NCBI GenBank assembly: GCA_964455655.1
Contig: CAYVWZ010000001.1
Coordinates: 58,825-119,996, forward strand
Origin: Candidatus Woesearchaeota archaeon
GTDB lineage: Archaea > Nanobdellota > Nanobdellia > SCGC-AAA011-G17 > JACPNG01
Length of the DNA: 61,172 nt
Direction of reading: 5' to 3'
Below are positions 9,876-19,395 of this stretch, piece after piece. The notes below the pieces were generated by a model. The model did no database searches, had not been told where the DNA came from, and saw only the letters and a program-made list of their open reading frames with translations. Both the position numbers and the translations under genes were made by a program. How positions within the stretch are numbered: position 1 is the first letter of the stretch; each line of letters starts with the position of its first letter.

Positions 9876-10817
9876 ATGAGAAGTGTTCATTCGTTTCCAA
9901 AATTACAAGGAAGACCCGTACTAAGCCCCATGGCTGGAGTAACCAACGTCGCATTCAGAACTTTAGCCAAAAAATACGGAGCAGCCATTACTTATACGGA
10001 ATTTGTTAGCAGTGCAGCATTAGTAAGGAATAGCAAAAAAACACACGAAATGCTCATAACAGACCCTACAGAAAAACCAGTTGCCGTACAATTATTTGGA
10101 AATAACATACAGGAAGTAATACATGCAGCAAAAATAATACAAGACGATTTCGATATTATCGACATAAATTGCGGATGCCCCGCATGGAAAGTTATTAGAT
10201 CAGGAGCAGGAAGTGAATTACTCAAAACACCTGAAAAAATTAGCACTATTGTCAACCAACTCGTAAGTGCCGTATCAAAACCCGTTACTGTAAAAATTAG
10301 AATAGGCATTAATGAAGAACACATCAATGCAATAGACGTTGCAAAAGCAATAGAAGATGCAGGAGCAGAGGCCATAGCAATTCATGGAAGAACACAACAG
10401 CAAGGATATACAGGGACTGCTAATTGGGAAATTATTAAACAAGTAAAAGAAGTAGTATCCATACCTGTTATTGGCAATGGGGATGTCTTTACACCAGAGG
10501 ACTACAAACAACGATTAGAGTATAGTAACGTAGATGGAATTATGATTGCACGAGGAGCTATGACAAATCCCTACATCTTTCAACAAATACAAGACTATAT
10601 GAAAAAAGGAACATATACCCATAAGAACAAAATAGAACTGTATAAAGAATACTACACTCTCGCAAAGAAGTATGCTCTAGCCTATCCAGAAGTACGAGGA
10701 CACTTCTTACAATTCACTAAAGGAATGCAGAGAGGAGCATTATTACGACAAGAAGCTGTCAAGATACAAAAACAAGAGGATTTTGAAAAATTCTTAGAAT
10801 CACTTAAATCTTCGTAG
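9876..10817 (+). CDS. dusB: tRNA-dihydrouridine synthase (DusB-like)
   Basis: LSPMAGVT, VQLFG, DINCGCP, VTVKIRIG, IHGRT, IGNGDV, MIARGA. Confidence 0.9.
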   Translation: MRSVHSFPKLQGRPVLSPMAGVTNVAFRTLAKKYGAAITYTEFVSSAALVRNSKKTHEMLITDPTEKPVAVQLFGNNIQEVIHAAKIIQDDFDIIDINCGCPAWKVIRSGAGSELLKTPEKISTIVNQLVSAVSKPVTVKIRIGINEEHINAIDVAKAIEDAGAEAIAIHGRTQQQGYTGTANWEIIKQVKEVVSIPVIGNGDVFTPEDYKQRLEYSNVDGIMIARGAMTNPYIFQQIQDYMKKGTYTHKNKIELYKEYYTLAKKYALAYPEVRGHFLQFTKGMQRGALLRQEAVKIQKQEDFEKFLESLKSS

Positions 10818-11366
10818 AGCACTCACAACCTCTGGCAAAGAGGTAATACCATCTTCTTCCGTAAAATGACCCTTATTATGAACAATAAGCGTATTAGGAG
10901 TAACTCGTACCTTGAAAATTTTCTCTTGAGATAAAGGAACAAACTTATCATCATCAGAAAAAATAGCAGTAATATTCTTTGTTGACCTCTTGAATTTTTC
11001 TAAATCAATAGGAGTTTTAATCCACGGATCAGCAATTCTAGCACTCTCCTCATTTTCTAAACCTTTCAGATTAAACCAAGGAGCAAGGAATACAATCCCA
11101 CCAATCTTGATAGCATTTTGTGTTTCTAAATACCTCATAATCGTTTGGCATCCAACACTATGACCCACAAAATAAATATCCTCATCTAAATAGGGGACAT
11201 TTTTTCTTAAGGTTTCAACCCATTCTTTAATGATTGGAGTATCAGGATGAGGCATTCTTAAAATCTCAACTTTATACCCATTTCTTTCTAACTCTATCTT
11301 TAATGACCTATAGATAGGATCATTAGGGCTACCTCCCCACATATGCACAACATATACTTTTTTCAT
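10800..11366 (-). CDS. RBBP9/YdeN family alpha/beta hydrolase
   Basis: VHMWGGS, GHSVG nucleophile elbow, SDDDKFVP, KGHF. Confidence 0.85.
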   Translation of the reverse strand: MKKVYVVHMWGGSPNDPIYRSLKIELERNGYKVEILRMPHPDTPIIKEWVETLRKNVPYLDEDIYFVGHSVGCQTIMRYLETQNAIKIGGIVFLAPWFNLKGLENEESARIADPWIKTPIDLEKFKRSTKNITAIFSDDDKFVPLSQEKIFKVRVTPNTLIVHNKGHFTEEDGITSLPEVVSALRRFK

Positions 11367-11698
11367 TTTAGTTTATCAATCTTTGCCGCTAACACAAAAT
11401 CATTCACACTCAAACCTTTCACAGCATGAGTAAATAACGTAATTTTAACATAACCCCAACCCAAAGAAAGATCAGGATGATGCCCTTCTTTTTCAGCAAC
11501 AACTCCAACTTTATTTACAAAGTCTAATGCTTTTACAAAATTCGAAAACTTAAACTCCTTTGTAATCTCATGATTCTTAATAGCTTTCCAACCCTTCACA
11601 AACTTCAAATTCGTCTTAATCTCTTTCGCATTCAACGCAGGAATACCCTTACCCTCACACGGAATACATCTTTGTTTTGATAAATCCATTCTTCTCAC
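11363..11698 (-). CDS. phhB: Pterin-4a-carbinolamine dehydratase
   Basis: CIPCEG, AEKEGHHPDL, THAVKGLSVNDFVLAAKID. Confidence 0.92.
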   Translation of the reverse strand: MRRMDLSKQRCIPCEGKGIPALNAKEIKTNLKFVKGWKAIKNHEITKEFKFSNFVKALDFVNKVGVVAEKEGHHPDLSLGWGYVKITLFTHAVKGLSVNDFVLAAKIDKLK

Positions 11699-12513
11699 TT
11701 CTTTTCTAACATCTTATTCGTCATGGTAGTAGCCTCTTGAGGGAGATTACCAAGATACTCTTGCACTATAGTAAACTCTTTTTCAAAAGCTTTTTGGTCC
11801 TGAGAAACAACCAAACTTGCTAAATGATTAACACTCTTTGCAAATGCAAGCGCAACCTCCCTAGAATACGGATTCATCATCTGAATATCCGCGTATAGTT
11901 CAGGATCTTGAGCAAACATCCTTACTGCACCATATAATCTAAGAATATACACAGGAGAAGCAAAATCACGAGTCTTTTCTAAATCAACATCTAAAGCATG
12001 CAAGGTATGACTCAGTGCAATACCAGAAAAATGAGTAAGACACTGAACAATAGCCATCTCTTGATCATGCTCTTCAGGAGACATGAGAATAACCTTCAAA
12101 CCTAAACTTTCTAACAACGTCGTAAACCATTCAACATGAGCATTTCCACGAACAGGGCATATAACAAATGTCTGCCCTTTCAACTGCACCGTCGGACCAA
12201 AGACAGGATGTCCACCAATAATATCAGAACGAGAATATTTTAACATTACCTCCACAGGACGCATCTTAACAGAAGTAAAATCAGTAAGCAAGGCATGTTC
12301 AGGAATATGTGGAGCAACATTTTTGATAGTTTCTTCCGTATAACGAATAGGAACTGTAATAATCACAACATCAGCAGTCTTTACTGCTTCAACAGGTGTT
12401 AAAGAAGTCTTATGATCAACCTGCACAACATCTAAACCTTTACTTCGAAATGCCTCAGCAAACAAAGAACCCATCTTACCGCGACCACCAACAATAACAA
12501 TGCGCTTATTCAT
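11695..12513 (-). CDS. tyrA: Prephenate/arogenate dehydrogenase
   Basis: GGRGKMG Rossmann motif, DFTSVK, GGHPVFGP, EEHDQEMAIVQCLTH. Confidence 0.88.
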   Translation of the reverse strand: MNKRIVIVGGRGKMGSLFAEAFRSKGLDVVQVDHKTSLTPVEAVKTADVVIITVPIRYTEETIKNVAPHIPEHALLTDFTSVKMRPVEVMLKYSRSDIIGGHPVFGPTVQLKGQTFVICPVRGNAHVEWFTTLLESLGLKVILMSPEEHDQEMAIVQCLTHFSGIALSHTLHALDVDLEKTRDFASPVYILRLYGAVRMFAQDPELYADIQMMNPYSREVALAFAKSVNHLASLVVSQDQKAFEKEFTIVQEYLGNLPQEATTMTNKMLEKK

Positions 12514-12793
12514 TCCGAAGCTCCTGCATTCTTTCCTCTTGAACTTGAACAGACTTACGAATTAACAATTCAAACAATTCACGAGCAAACGCAGGATCAT
12601 TAATACCCTCTTCCTTGAATAGAAGAATACATTTCTGGATAAGAGCTTCCTCACGAGCATGATCCCTTAAACTTAGAGAATTTTCATGCTTAAACTCAGC
12701 AACATGATTCATCAATAACAAGCGCCTTACAACTGCTTGAACAATATCATAATCTACAGCATCAATCTCCTTACGAATAGCATCTAAACCCAT
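12506..12793 (-). CDS. aroQ: Chorismate mutase (AroQ type)
   Basis: LDAIRKEIDAVD...RR...VAEFK....RD.ARE; overlaps the tyrA start. Confidence 0.85.
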   Translation of the reverse strand: MGLDAIRKEIDAVDYDIVQAVVRRLLLMNHVAEFKHENSLSLRDHAREEALIQKCILLFKEEGINDPAFARELFELLIRKSVQVQEERMQELRNE

Positions 12794-12828
12794 ACCCCAT
12801 CAAGAATAGAACTCACTTTTAAAGATTC

Positions 12829-13371
12829 TTATAGATTTGTTGCTGAAGAACGCTTAAGTCTTACCCTCTTTGTCCAAACCTTTGTACTCACATAGGCAAT
12901 AACATCATTATCAGGGTCATAAATCTCAACCATGTCTAAGTCCGCTCTTTCAAAAACCCTCATTCCCTCTCTTGGTTTTTTACTTAATACTACTTTAAGC
13001 TTCTGATACTTTTTAGGTTCTAAGAAAAAATCAATATCACCCACATAATGACGATAAGGATCTGGCTTTCTGATGTAGAGATGAGTATAGACCGTTTTAG
13101 GAATATCTCCTCTTGCAGGCATTATTATTGGCTTGCGTAATAGGAAATATTTTTGATTAGGATTATCAGAAGGAAATGTTAATTTGTTACGTACCTTGAT
13201 AAGCTGCTCATATTCAGAAGTATAATGACAAAATATACTTATATTCCCAGCATTATCAAGATATTTACCAAAATTTTGTTTACATAATTTATATGCTTGA
13301 ACATGAATATATGTTAATGCTTGAAAGAACACTTTTTCTGATTTTATAGGACTAAATCTATAGAGTTTCAT
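12829..13371 (-). CDS. Hypothetical protein coupled to the cfa/FAD-oxidoreductase operon
   Basis: ATG 13371 overlaps the TGA of the oxidoreductase (ATGA). Confidence 0.7.
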   Translation of the reverse strand: MKLYRFSPIKSEKVFFQALTYIHVQAYKLCKQNFGKYLDNAGNISIFCHYTSEYEQLIKVRNKLTFPSDNPNQKYFLLRKPIIMPARGDIPKTVYTHLYIRKPDPYRHYVGDIDFFLEPKKYQKLKVVLSKKPREGMRVFERADLDMVEIYDPDNDVIAYVSTKVWTKRVRLKRSSATNL

Positions 13372-14714
13372 CCGCGCTTTACACACTTTTCATATAAGTT
13401 CTTCTGAATACCTTTAGGATCATACTTCTTCTTTAATGCATCATAGACAGGTTTATTGTATAACCTCCAGAATTCATCCTCAGGATAATAAGAAGTGGAA
13501 TAGAGAGATTTCTTACCATTTAATTGAGAAACTTTTAGTTCTATTAATCGGTTATAATGACCCTCTTCAAATGTTGTAGGCATAACATCCCAAAAACCAA
13601 AATTAATGTACAACGTTAGAGGATCCATAGGATATAAGTCATACTTCACCTTAGGATCAACAGCCATTGTAGGGCAAACCCAAATAGGACGAATAGGTAT
13701 CGTTTCTAAAAAGAACCTCAAGAAAGTAGAACAATTTTTCAAAGGAAGCTCAACATCCTGCACAACAGACTCTTTCTTATCATTTTTAGGGAGAATCTGA
13801 CTTGCAAACCTACGTATCTTCCAATAGGACCTTGAGTTCAAAAAAGGCTTTGCAAAAAATCTCAGAACTTTGTTTTGAACACCAAAATGCTTTGAACACC
13901 AAAACCAATCAGTATCCCAACGCCAAATATAATCATGAACTGTTAAAAAATCCTGAGAACGCTTAGGAATTGTTTGATAAAAAATATTCATATACGTATA
14001 ATTACTTGTATACGGAGCAGAATCAACAAAATTAGCAGTAACAACATATAAGTCTTTTTCATTAAAAATAACACCATCAACAAAATCAAGAGAATTATCA
14101 ACACGCGCTTTCAAACACATTGCACCTAACTCAGCAAAATATGTTTCAGAATCAGTAAACTTATGATATTCTAACCTCACAAAAGGTTTTACAAGAACGA
14201 GTTTAACCTTTAACCTTAACGCATACCCTAAAGTACCATAGGAATTAGGAAAACCATAGAACAAATCACGATATTCATTCTTTGGCGTAGCAATAACAAT
14301 AGAACCATCAGGAAGCAATATTTCCATCTCAAGAATTGTTTCATGAACTAAACCAAACTTAAATGAAGAAGACTCAATACCAACACCAGTAACTGCACCA
14401 CCAATAGTAATAGTCTTTAATTGAGGAACAACCGTAGGCATACAATTATACTTTAATGTTTCATGAACTAATTCTTCATAAGTAGTCATACCCTCAACAT
14501 CAACCACTAAACTCTTCGAATCAACACTTAAGACTTGATTAAAATTCTTCACATCAATCTTTTTCTTCTTACCCTCAGCACGATAACGAAATAAATTAGA
14601 AGAAGACTTTTTCAAACCGAGAGAAACACCCTCTCTTGCAGCAGCTTTTACTTCATCAATAAGCTTTGACTTCTTCAATTCAAAAAGAGTATAGGGATTA
14701 ACGGACTGACTCAT
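13368..14714 (-). CDS. FAD-binding oxidoreductase, Rv3719/BfaA(TmsA)-like (DHCR24-related)
   Basis: SNLFR, VVPQLKTITIGGAVTGVGIESSSF, FPNSYGTLGY, WRWDTDWFWCS, VVQDVELP, GKKSLYS, KKKYDP match my recollection of the Rv3719 family; start moved to ATG 14714. Confidence 0.85.
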   Translation of the reverse strand: MSQSVNPYTLFELKKSKLIDEVKAAAREGVSLGLKKSSSNLFRYRAEGKKKKIDVKNFNQVLSVDSKSLVVDVEGMTTYEELVHETLKYNCMPTVVPQLKTITIGGAVTGVGIESSSFKFGLVHETILEMEILLPDGSIVIATPKNEYRDLFYGFPNSYGTLGYALRLKVKLVLVKPFVRLEYHKFTDSETYFAELGAMCLKARVDNSLDFVDGVIFNEKDLYVVTANFVDSAPYTSNYTYMNIFYQTIPKRSQDFLTVHDYIWRWDTDWFWCSKHFGVQNKVLRFFAKPFLNSRSYWKIRRFASQILPKNDKKESVVQDVELPLKNCSTFLRFFLETIPIRPIWVCPTMAVDPKVKYDLYPMDPLTLYINFGFWDVMPTTFEEGHYNRLIELKVSQLNGKKSLYSTSYYPEDEFWRLYNKPVYDALKKKYDPKGIQKNLYEKCVKRG

Positions 14715-15819
14715 ACCCACCGGGAACTCCGCCTTTTGAGAGCACAATCTGCCATAATTGGATCTTACGAGCACGGAATTGACCTGCTGATGTCATCAAA
14801 TAAAAACGCCACATACGATAGAATCGTTCACCATACTGCGCTTTATACTTATGCCAATTCTTTCTAAAATTAGCATCCCACGCGAGTAACGTCTTATCAT
14901 AATCAGGACCAAAATTATGCCAATCTTCTAAAACAAATAATCCTTCAAAAGCATTGGTTAATTGAACAGCAGAAGGAAGCATTGAATTAGGGAAGATGTA
15001 TTTGTTAATCCAAGGATCAGTATTCTTTACAGACTTATTTGTTGCAATCGTATGACACAAGAATAAACCACCTGGTTTTAAACAACTATATGCTAATTTC
15101 ATAAATTTACGATAATTCTTGTATCCAATATGCTCACACATACCAATAGACACCACCTTATCATATAGACCAGAAGCATCTCGATAATCAGCATGAACAA
15201 TCTTTACAGGAAGACCTTTTGTTATTTTACGAGCATATTCAACTTGCTCTTTTGAAATGTTATAAGAAGTAACCTCAACACCATACTTTTCAGCAGCATA
15301 CTTTGCAAAGCCACCCCAACCACAACCTAACTCTAAAACTTTTTCACCTTTCTTTAATTTTAGTTTTTTACACACAAGATCAAGCTTATTTTTTTGAGCT
15401 TGATTAAGATTTTTAGCATTCTTCCAATACCCACAGGTATATTGCATATAGTCAGGATCAAGCATATCATGATAGAAATCATTACCTAAATCATAATGTT
15501 CTTTCGCAACTTTCTGAGAACCACTACGCGATTGCATGTTTAATACCGTAGCACTGAGATAGAGTTTTATTGTAGCAAAAGAAACTAATTCTCTCTGCAC
15601 TTGCGCATTAAATAGACGCGTAAAAAACACATCAAGATCTTTTACATCCCACCATCCATCCATATAAGCTTCCCCAGCAGCTAATGTACCACCAGAAAAA
15701 ATTCTCCTATAGAGACGCTCATCATGAACTTGAATATCCCAAGGATGAGGACCATTAATCTTAATATCAGCTTTAGAAAGAAGCTTTTCAGCCTTCTTCT
15801 TATACACATTTTTAGCCAT
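14698..15819 (-). CDS. cfa: Cyclopropane-fatty-acyl-phospholipid synthase family methyltransferase
   Basis: HYDLGNDF, MLD..MQYTCGYW, AQKNKLDLVC.KL, LELGCGWGG, YIFPNSMLPS, EDWHNFGPDYDKTL.AW, ERF.RMW. Confidence 0.93.
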   Translation of the reverse strand: MAKNVYKKKAEKLLSKADIKINGPHPWDIQVHDERLYRRIFSGGTLAAGEAYMDGWWDVKDLDVFFTRLFNAQVQRELVSFATIKLYLSATVLNMQSRSGSQKVAKEHYDLGNDFYHDMLDPDYMQYTCGYWKNAKNLNQAQKNKLDLVCKKLKLKKGEKVLELGCGWGGFAKYAAEKYGVEVTSYNISKEQVEYARKITKGLPVKIVHADYRDASGLYDKVVSIGMCEHIGYKNYRKFMKLAYSCLKPGGLFLCHTIATNKSVKNTDPWINKYIFPNSMLPSAVQLTNAFEGLFVLEDWHNFGPDYDKTLLAWDANFRKNWHKYKAQYGERFYRMWRFYLMTSAGQFRARKIQLWQIVLSKGGVPGGYESVR

Positions 15820-15843
15820 TGGGAAGTATTATTTTCGCTCTCC

Positions 15844-16485
15844 TTAAATAACTTTCTTTAGAATAGGAATAATCTTAGATAGGTTATTAGAGTCTACCAC
15901 TACCGAAGCAACTTCTTTAAGATCCTTTGAGTCACTATTAAATGCAATAGAGAACCCAACCTCCTTAAACATAGGAATATCCTTATATGAATCCCCTACA
16001 TAAATAACCTCTTTTAAAGAAATGTTTAAACTTTTACATAACTTCTTAAGAACTTTATTCTTCTCACCAAAACCCGCACCAATAGGCCAAACAAATTCAC
16101 CAGAAACTTTGTTATTTTTAATAACTAATTCATTTGCAAAAATATAATCTATACCATACTCCTTCTGAACCCTCTTTGCAACATCTATACTTGAAGCACT
16201 AATAATAGCTGTCGTGATCTTTTTTGTATGAACAAACTTTAAAGTTTTTCCAACACCTGGAAGATACTCAATAGACTGCACTAGTTTTGTGTAAGGAGTA
16301 GCATCTTTACCTCTCCATAACTTATGAACAACTTCTTCTACTAACTTGTTATAATCAGAATGGAGATATTTCTCCGTAAGAATTTTACCCTCTTCTAAAG
16401 TATTAAATGACTTATGAACCTCTAACCAAAAATTAATATCTTTAAAAAAAACACCATCCATATCAAAACAAATTAGTTTAAACAT
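15844..16485 (-). CDS. HAD-family hydrolase (phosphoserine phosphatase-like, subclass IB)
   Basis: FDMDGV, IISAS, K.K.L, YVGDSYKD. Confidence 0.85.
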   Translation of the reverse strand: MFKLICFDMDGVFFKDINFWLEVHKSFNTLEEGKILTEKYLHSDYNKLVEEVVHKLWRGKDATPYTKLVQSIEYLPGVGKTLKFVHTKKITTAIISASSIDVAKRVQKEYGIDYIFANELVIKNNKVSGEFVWPIGAGFGEKNKVLKKLCKSLNISLKEVIYVGDSYKDIPMFKEVGFSIAFNSDSKDLKEVASVVVDSNNLSKIIPILKKVI

Positions 16486-16759
16486 TTTTAAGAGCCTCTT
16501 CTAGATTTACCTCATCTCTTGGAGTTCTTAAGTTTAATCTATCAACAACTTTTCTTAATTCTGGAAGAGCAACACCCATATTAATCTCATCATATCGTTG
16601 AACAACTTCGTATGCACGTCCATAAGTACTCCGGTCAGTCTGAATTCTTTCGTTAAGCTTTGAAGCATTACCCGTAAAAATAAGCTCATACTTTACTCCC
16701 GTATAAACAATAGCACCACAATTAGTTCCCCTCGCTCTTGAAGAAATGACTGGAGGCAT
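16478..16759 (-). CDS. Hypothetical protein (orphan-like)
   Basis: 93-aa ORF, TATAAAAG box about 20 nt upstream, overlaps the HAD start. Confidence 0.55.
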   Translation of the reverse strand: MPPVISSRARGTNCGAIVYTGVKYELIFTGNASKLNERIQTDRSTYGRAYEVVQRYDEINMGVALPELRKVVDRLNLRTPRDEVNLEEALKNV

Positions 16760-16835
16760 AGAGTACTATTGCCCCAACTTCCTTTTATACCCCTTACAAA
16801 AACTTTTATAAACCCTACAACGGGTTGGAATCCTT

Positions 16836-17537
16836 ATGAAAGTAGCAATTTTATACTCAGGAGGAAAAGACTCCAATTATGCACTGTACGAAGCTCAGAA
16901 AAAAGGCTGGGATGTCAGATACTTACTCTCTATCAAACCAACAAGAACAGACTGCTACTTATTCCACTTTGCAACCGTAGAACATACACCAAAGCTAGCT
17001 GAAATGGCTGGAATTAAACATGTACTCAAAACCTGCTCTGTAGCAGATCCTGTACAAGAAGCAGAAATTGTCAAAAAAGCAGTAGAAGAACAAGAACACA
17101 TCGACGCAGTAATCCTCGGAGGAGTAGGACTCCAAGAAACACAAATCAGAAGCGTACGAAACGCATTATCATCTTTAGGAATAGAAGTATTCCCCTCACA
17201 CGCAGAATTAACAGAAGAAGAAAGCATGATTAACATGATCAACCTAGGATTCAAATTTATGATCACCCAATATGCTACTGACGGATTAAACCAATCGTGG
17301 TTAGGAAAAGAAATAACCAAAGAAAGTTTTGCAGAATTACAATCATTATCACTAAAACACGGATTTAACCTTCTCGGAGAAGGAGGATATTACGACACCT
17401 TAGTTATTGGAAGCCCTTGCTTTAACGGAAAAGAATTATCAATCATAACCTCAAATAAAGTACAAGAATCTGCTTATTCAGGACACTTAATCATTACAGA
17501 AGCAGCAATTGTACCTCTACAAAAAATTTCTCAATAA
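16836..17537 (+). CDS. dph6: Diphthine--ammonia ligase (Dph6/DUF71 PP-loop ATPase)
   Basis: LYSGGKDS PP-loop, YLFH, GEGGYYDTLV. Confidence 0.8.
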   Translation: MKVAILYSGGKDSNYALYEAQKKGWDVRYLLSIKPTRTDCYLFHFATVEHTPKLAEMAGIKHVLKTCSVADPVQEAEIVKKAVEEQEHIDAVILGGVGLQETQIRSVRNALSSLGIEVFPSHAELTEEESMINMINLGFKFMITQYATDGLNQSWLGKEITKESFAELQSLSLKHGFNLLGEGGYYDTLVIGSPCFNGKELSIITSNKVQESAYSGHLIITEAAIVPLQKISQ

Positions 17538-17789
17538 ATGAAAACTTTAACAAGCAAATTATTTCAGGATACTGCATTCTCTGAATTCTATAACCCTACT
17601 CTGGTTCGTGCCATCTTTCATGCACAGCATGTAACAGCAGAAACAATGATTAGAGAGGATCAACCTTGCAAAGACGAATTCATTCAAGGAGTTAATGTGT
17701 ATAGAGATGGTGTGAGAACTTTTAGAGGGATAGCAGAATATCTACAATTACTCACAGAACACGAAAGAACATATGGCGTAAGATTATAG
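17538..17789 (+). CDS. Hypothetical protein
   Basis: 83-aa ORF starting immediately after the dph6 stop. Confidence 0.55.
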   Translation: MKTLTSKLFQDTAFSEFYNPTLVRAIFHAQHVTAETMIREDQPCKDEFIQGVNVYRDGVRTFRGIAEYLQLLTEHERTYGVRL

Positions 17790-17799
17790 AAGTATTTCT

Positions 17800-18372
17800 T
17801 TAACCCTTTCTGTATAATAAACTCTCATCAATACGTTGCCAAGCATGTAATTCTTCAGGTTTGAACCAGATTTTAATCTCACGCTCAGCTTCATCAACGG
17901 CGCCTGATGAATGAATTAAATTTTGAATAGGACGCTCTAACTGATCAGCCATCGTATAACTCTCCATACTAAAATCACCACGGATCGTGCCAGGCATGGC
18001 ATCAGCAGGAGCAGTAGGACCACATAATTTACGCACATGAGCAACAGCATTATGACCCTCAATAACTAAAGCAACAATAGGGCTCATTGCAATATACTCA
18101 ATAAGAACATTTCTCACCCATTTACCTTGTTCAAGAGCAGTACGATTAAGCTTAACACCCTTCTTTTCATACGCTGAAAGAGTTTTGTTACCAACACTCA
18201 CTAACCACTCTTCATCATCAGCATAATGCTTCCCAGCAAGATCCTTATCCGCATAGACCATCTTCATACCAACCATTTTCAGACCAGCTTTTTCAAAACG
18301 AGAAATAATTTCACCAACAAGAGCTCTTTGAACCCCATCAGGTTTGATTAAAACTAACGTGCGTTCGATCAT
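17800..18372 (-). CDS. ndk: Nucleoside diphosphate kinase (long-insert form)
   Basis: ERTLVLIKPDGVQRAL, PGTIRGDF, catalytic NLIHSS. Confidence 0.95.
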   Translation of the reverse strand: MIERTLVLIKPDGVQRALVGEIISRFEKAGLKMVGMKMVYADKDLAGKHYADDEEWLVSVGNKTLSAYEKKGVKLNRTALEQGKWVRNVLIEYIAMSPIVALVIEGHNAVAHVRKLCGPTAPADAMPGTIRGDFSMESYTMADQLERPIQNLIHSSGAVDEAEREIKIWFKPEELHAWQRIDESLLYRKG

Positions 18373-18381
18373 AGAATATCC

Positions 18382-18597
18382 TTACTTTTGTTCTTTATGT
18401 TGAGCAGAAGTAATAGCAGCTCGACGAGCATTATATCCTTCTTCAGTCCACGCTGTCTCACGAGGTTTTCTGTTTAAGCTTAACATGTTCTTTTCACATT
18501 TACGAGAATCAAAGTATAAGAGTTTACCATCTTTCTTTACAAACATTTTACCTGTACCAGGACGAAGTTCAGAACCACAAAATGTACACTTAACCAT
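18382..18597 (-). CDS. rpl24e: 50S ribosomal protein L24e
   Basis: KCTFCG...[21 protein letters not shown]. Confidence 0.95.
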   Translation of the reverse strand: MVKCTFCGSELRPGTGKMFVKKDGKLLYFDSRKCEKNMLSLNRKPRETAWTEEGYNARRAAITSAQHKEQK

Positions 18598-18936
18598 TTA
18601 TGCCCCTCTTCGCGTTTGTGTTAGTTTACGAGCTTCAATTTCAGTCTCTCGTAACATAAGAATATCTTTCACTTTAATAGGACCTTTAACATTTCTACGT
18701 AAGACTTTATTCTTTTCGTGACCTTCTAATAATTTACAACGAACCTGAACAACTTCTCCACGAGTACCTGTTCTTCCAACAATCTCTTCAACAATAGCTG
18801 GAGTAGCATATGTAAATAATCCTTTACTACCATCTTCCTTCTTCTGAGTAGGACCTTGCGCCTGTTGTTGAGGCTGTTGATTTCTACTCTGACCATGAGG
18901 TCTGTTTTGTTGATTTTGTTGTGGAGGTTTAGCCAT
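18598..18936 (-). CDS. rps28e: 30S ribosomal protein S28e with Gln-rich N-terminal extension
   Basis: [34 protein letters not shown]. Confidence 0.93.
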   Translation of the reverse strand: MAKPPQQNQQNRPHGQSRNQQPQQQAQGPTQKKEDGSKGLFTYATPAIVEEIVGRTGTRGEVVQVRCKLLEGHEKNKVLRRNVKGPIKVKDILMLRETEIEARKLTQTRRGA

Positions 18937-18938
18937 TT

Positions 18939-19274
18939 TTATTTGAGTTTACTTGCAATTTCTTCAATAAGATCTTTTGCTCCGCCTTCTTGAACAATTG
19001 CAACAGCAGTTGTTGGGCGTTTCAAACCAGCAGCATTTCCTAGTTCTTCTTTACTAGCAACAGTAATTGCTGGAATCTTCTTTTCTTTTGCAAGAGGATC
19101 TAAATGCATGATAACTTCAGCAGGATTAACATCTTTTGCGAACAAAACTAATTTCGCAGAGTTCTTTTCCATTGCTTTGGTAACTTCGTTAATACCTTTC
19201 TTAATTTTACCAGAATTTTTAGCTACTTCTAAAGCTTCTAATGCTTTATCCGTGATGTCTTTTGATGCTTCCAT
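18939..19274 (-). CDS. rpl7ae: 50S ribosomal protein L7Ae
   Basis: [36 protein letters not shown]. Confidence 0.95.
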   Translation of the reverse strand: MEASKDITDKALEALEVAKNSGKIKKGINEVTKAMEKNSAKLVLFAKDVNPAEVIMHLDPLAKEKKIPAITVASKEELGNAAGLKRPTTAVAIVQEGGAKDLIEEIASKLK

Positions 19275-19277
19275 AGT

Positions 19278-19309
19278 ACAAACCTCCCCTACGTGAGATC
19301 ATAGGTTGT
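19278..19309 (-). promoter_or_regulatory. K-turn in the rpl7ae 5' UTR overlapping the Shine-Dalgarno
   Basis: Transcript AACC-UAU-GA-UCU-CACGUA-GGG-GA-GGUU: 4-bp C-stem, 3-nt bulge ending in U, tandem GA/AG; SD GGAGGU lies in the 3' strand. Confidence 0.75.
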
Positions 19310-19395
19310 TCGAAGGAACGAACTCTAACTGGGGTTTAAAAAGGTTTTGTTAGTCTTGACAAGACTTATAAGTTTTTAGGAATGAATTTAGAGAC

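Noticed and set aside
13368-14774. ORF-track start at 14774 for the oxidoreductase, and similarly extended starts for lgt, secG, mscL and the PPIase
   Set aside because: The extensions overlap upstream genes or promoters; internal ATGs fit family N-termini and SD/TATA spacing better
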